Positions 62,198 through 64,000 of a stretch of 64,000 bases of DNA are shown here, one piece after another (the first letter of the stretch is position 1; each line of letters begins with the position of its first letter). The notes below the pieces were generated by a model. That model was not told the DNA's origin. It did not search any database and saw only the letters and a list, made by a program, of their open reading frames with translations. The stretch spans positions 41,456 through 105,455 of the forward strand of contig CAYPCY010000001.1 in NCBI GenBank assembly GCA_964409385.1. Direction: 5' to 3'. The position numbers and the translations under genes are program-made. The DNA comes from an uncultured Methanosarcinales archaeon. Lineage in GTDB: Archaea > Nanobdellota > Nanobdellia > Woesearchaeales > CAYPCY01.

Positions 62198-62764
62198 CTA
62201 AGTAAGTCTTTCTTCCACAACCTTCCAATCTATAACTTCAAAGAATGCATTAATATAATCTGCTCTTTTAAGACCATAATCTATGATGAAAGCATGTTCA
62301 AAAACATCCATTACTAGTAAAGGACTTGCTCCTGTCAAATGTCCTATATCATGCTCATTAATCCACACATTGAATAATTTATCAGCAGTATTGTCATAAG
62401 CTAGTATTACCCAACCTATTCCTCTCATCGCACCAGACGCTTTGAAATCTTGCTCCCAATTCTCAAAACTTCCAAAATCTTTAGTTATTTTATCTTTTAA
62501 CTTTCCTATCTGACTTGGAGTTTTACTCATATTTTCAAAGTACAACTCGTGTAACCTCATTCCATTAAACTCCCAACCGAACCTTCTTTTTAACTCTGCA
62601 TATTCTGGCTCGAAACCCTTATTTTCTAAAGAAAGCCTAGTTAATTTCTCTATTAACTTATTAGTATTAGTTACATACCCATTATATAATGTAAAGTGAG
62701 TTTCTAAAAGATTATCACTGAATCCATTAATTCCTAGTAAATCGAAAGTTTTTGCTTTATACAT
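62198..62764 (-). CDS. sod: Fe/Mn-family superoxide dismutase (divergent)
   Basis: C-terminal DVFEHAFIIDY...W (cf. D.WEHAYY.DY) and N-terminal ..ETHF...N.YV.N.NKL (cf. E.HH.KHH..YV.NLN). One first-shell residue context is divergent. Confidence 0.65.
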   Translation of the reverse strand: MYKAKTFDLLGINGFSDNLLETHFTLYNGYVTNTNKLIEKLTRLSLENKGFEPEYAELKRRFGWEFNGMRLHELYFENMSKTPSQIGKLKDKITKDFGSFENWEQDFKASGAMRGIGWVILAYDNTADKLFNVWINEHDIGHLTGASPLLVMDVFEHAFIIDYGLKRADYINAFFEVIDWKVVEERLT

Positions 62765-62853
62765 ATTACCACCTCAAGAATACAATATTACCCTCATTTT
62801 TAAGCTTTCCCATTAAGAAAAAATTTTTATAATTGATTCTTTCAAGAAATAGT

Positions 62854-63516
62854 ATGAAACCTATCATTGCAGTTAATTTCAAAACTTATAAGGAAAGCAC
62901 GGGAGAGCAAGGAGTTATTCTAGCCAGGGAATTAGAAAGAGCATCTAAAGAACTTCAAGTTTCAGTAATTCTTGTCGTTCAACCCACTGATTTATACAGG
63001 ATTTCTAAAGAAGTTTCACTGCCTGTTTATTCAGAACATGTTGACCCAATCAGTTACGGAGCTCATACTGGGAGTATTCTTGCAGAGTCATTAAAAGAAA
63101 ATAATGCAGTTGGTGTCTTACTTAATCATTCTGAAGATCGTTTTAGGATTGACAAACTAGAAGAGAGCATTAAAAGAAGTAACAAGGTTGGTTTGAAAAC
63201 AATGGTTTGTGCTACTGACGAATTAGCTGCTAAGACAATCGCTGCCTTCAATCCTGACTTTGTAGCTGTAGAACCTCCCGAACTAATTGGAGGGGATATT
63301 TCAGTATCAACCTCTAATCCTAAGATTGTTAGTGATTCTGTTGCTAATGTTAAGAAAGTAAATCCTAAAATTATTATTCTTTGCGGTGCAGGAATAAAAA
63401 CAAATACTGATTTTAAGAAGGCATTACAACTTGGAGCTTCAGGAGTTTTAATAGCTTCAGGAATTGTCCTTGCTAAAAACCCCTACAGAAAATTGAAAGA
63501 ACTAGGCCAGATTTAA
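62854..63516 (+). CDS. tpiA: Triosephosphate isomerase, short archaeal type
   Basis: KPIIAVNFKTY, NHSE, EPPELIG and GAGI motifs. ~220 aa, as for archaeal TIM. Start taken at the internal ATG; the track start is 62833. Confidence 0.85.
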   Translation: MKPIIAVNFKTYKESTGEQGVILARELERASKELQVSVILVVQPTDLYRISKEVSLPVYSEHVDPISYGAHTGSILAESLKENNAVGVLLNHSEDRFRIDKLEESIKRSNKVGLKTMVCATDELAAKTIAAFNPDFVAVEPPELIGGDISVSTSNPKIVSDSVANVKKVNPKIIILCGAGIKTNTDFKKALQLGASGVLIASGIVLAKNPYRKLKELGQI

Positions 63517-63993
63517 GAAGAATAATATTGGATAATAATAAGTGCTTTCATCTGACGATTTAGTAATTGTTAATTTAAAACTATACTTTCCTGAAGGACT
63601 TCCTTCATTAGATATTAAGAATGGCTTGTAAATTTCCTCATTATTAGGCAAAGTCACAATATTTTCTGCAAATTCATAATCCCAATTTCCAGTACAAGCA
63701 CTTTCAGTTGTTTCATCTGGAAAATAACTAACACATTCTACATTTATGCTAAAAATTTCCTCTGCGCCTACAATATTCTTTATTCCAACACCAAACACTC
63801 CCTGTCTTCCCTCAGCATCCTGAACCAGTGGATAAACAGCCACTTTCTCTCCAGAAATTACTAATTGCTTCAATGCTTGTTCTTGTTGTGCAGATAGTTG
63901 ATTTGTTAATTTTCCACTTTGTTCAAAAACTTGATACATTATTGTCATTCCCATTCCAAGAACTAATATTGCTACTATTATCACTACAAGCAT
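63502..63993 (-). CDS. Membrane-anchored protein, possibly pilin/archaellin-like (N-terminal hydrophobic helix)
   Basis: MLVVIIVAILVLGMGMTIMYQVF, then a soluble domain with 2 Cys. Confidence 0.3.
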   Translation of the reverse strand: MLVVIIVAILVLGMGMTIMYQVFEQSGKLTNQLSAQQEQALKQLVISGEKVAVYPLVQDAEGRQGVFGVGIKNIVGAEEIFSINVECVSYFPDETTESACTGNWDYEFAENIVTLPNNEEIYKPFLISNEGSPSGKYSFKLTITKSSDESTYYYPILFFLNLA

Positions 63994-64000
63994 ATTTACT

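Noticed and set aside
1-64000. rRNA genes, CRISPR arrays, and transposase or integrase genes
   Set aside because: None found. There is no 16S/23S-like conserved stretch, no short regularly spaced direct repeats, and no DDE, tyrosine or serine recombinase motifs in any ORF.

Overview
This 64-kb window is AT-rich (roughly 30% GC by eye) and tightly packed, with many overlapping start/stop codons. The markers are archaeal: ribosomal proteins S6e, L10e, S19e, L39e and L31e, aIF2-gamma, Elp3, Cbf5, a short archaeal-type TIM, RtcA and an archease-like protein. Lys-rich protein tails, huge secreted repeat proteins and lytic-transglycosylase-like genes suggest a DPANN-like, host-associated archaeon, but that is inference. 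I found no rRNA and no CRISPR array, and one tRNA (Val-GAC, minus strand).

The main features, in order:
- A partial P-type ATPase at the window start.
- A four-gene minus-strand cassette (997-4378) encoding a Ubl precursor with C-terminal GG-K, an E2-like protein, a eukaryote-style tandem-domain E1 and a JAMM protease. This is the strongest candidate for an interesting system.
- A GTPase / DUF2073-like / Zn-ribbon / TatD operon.
- A bacterial-type MetK, a SelU/MnmH-like tRNA enzyme, a NOL1/NOP2 m5C methyltransferase and Elp3.
- Two SLT-like lytic transglycosylase proteins, one downstream of a pilin-like gene.
- aIF2-gamma, S6e, a Nog1-like GTPase and L10e.
- A thymidylate-synthase-fold paralog that lacks the catalytic Cys.
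- An HPF/RaiA-like gene.
- An S19e-L39e-L31e block; L39e is missing from the ORF track.
- A grpE-orf-dnaK-dnaJ operon.
- Three tandem guanylate-kinase-like paralogs.
- A cluster of Lrp/AsnC regulators beside two giant secreted proteins (1716 aa with 351-bp tandem repeats; 1480 aa with cadherin-like repeats and a dockerin-like segment) and a small overlapping gene between them.
- An ABC exporter, Bcp, SOD and TIM.
- A conserved ~45-nt GC-rich non-coding motif in two copies (near 8939 and 28266), and a shared BRE/TATA promoter motif at several genes.
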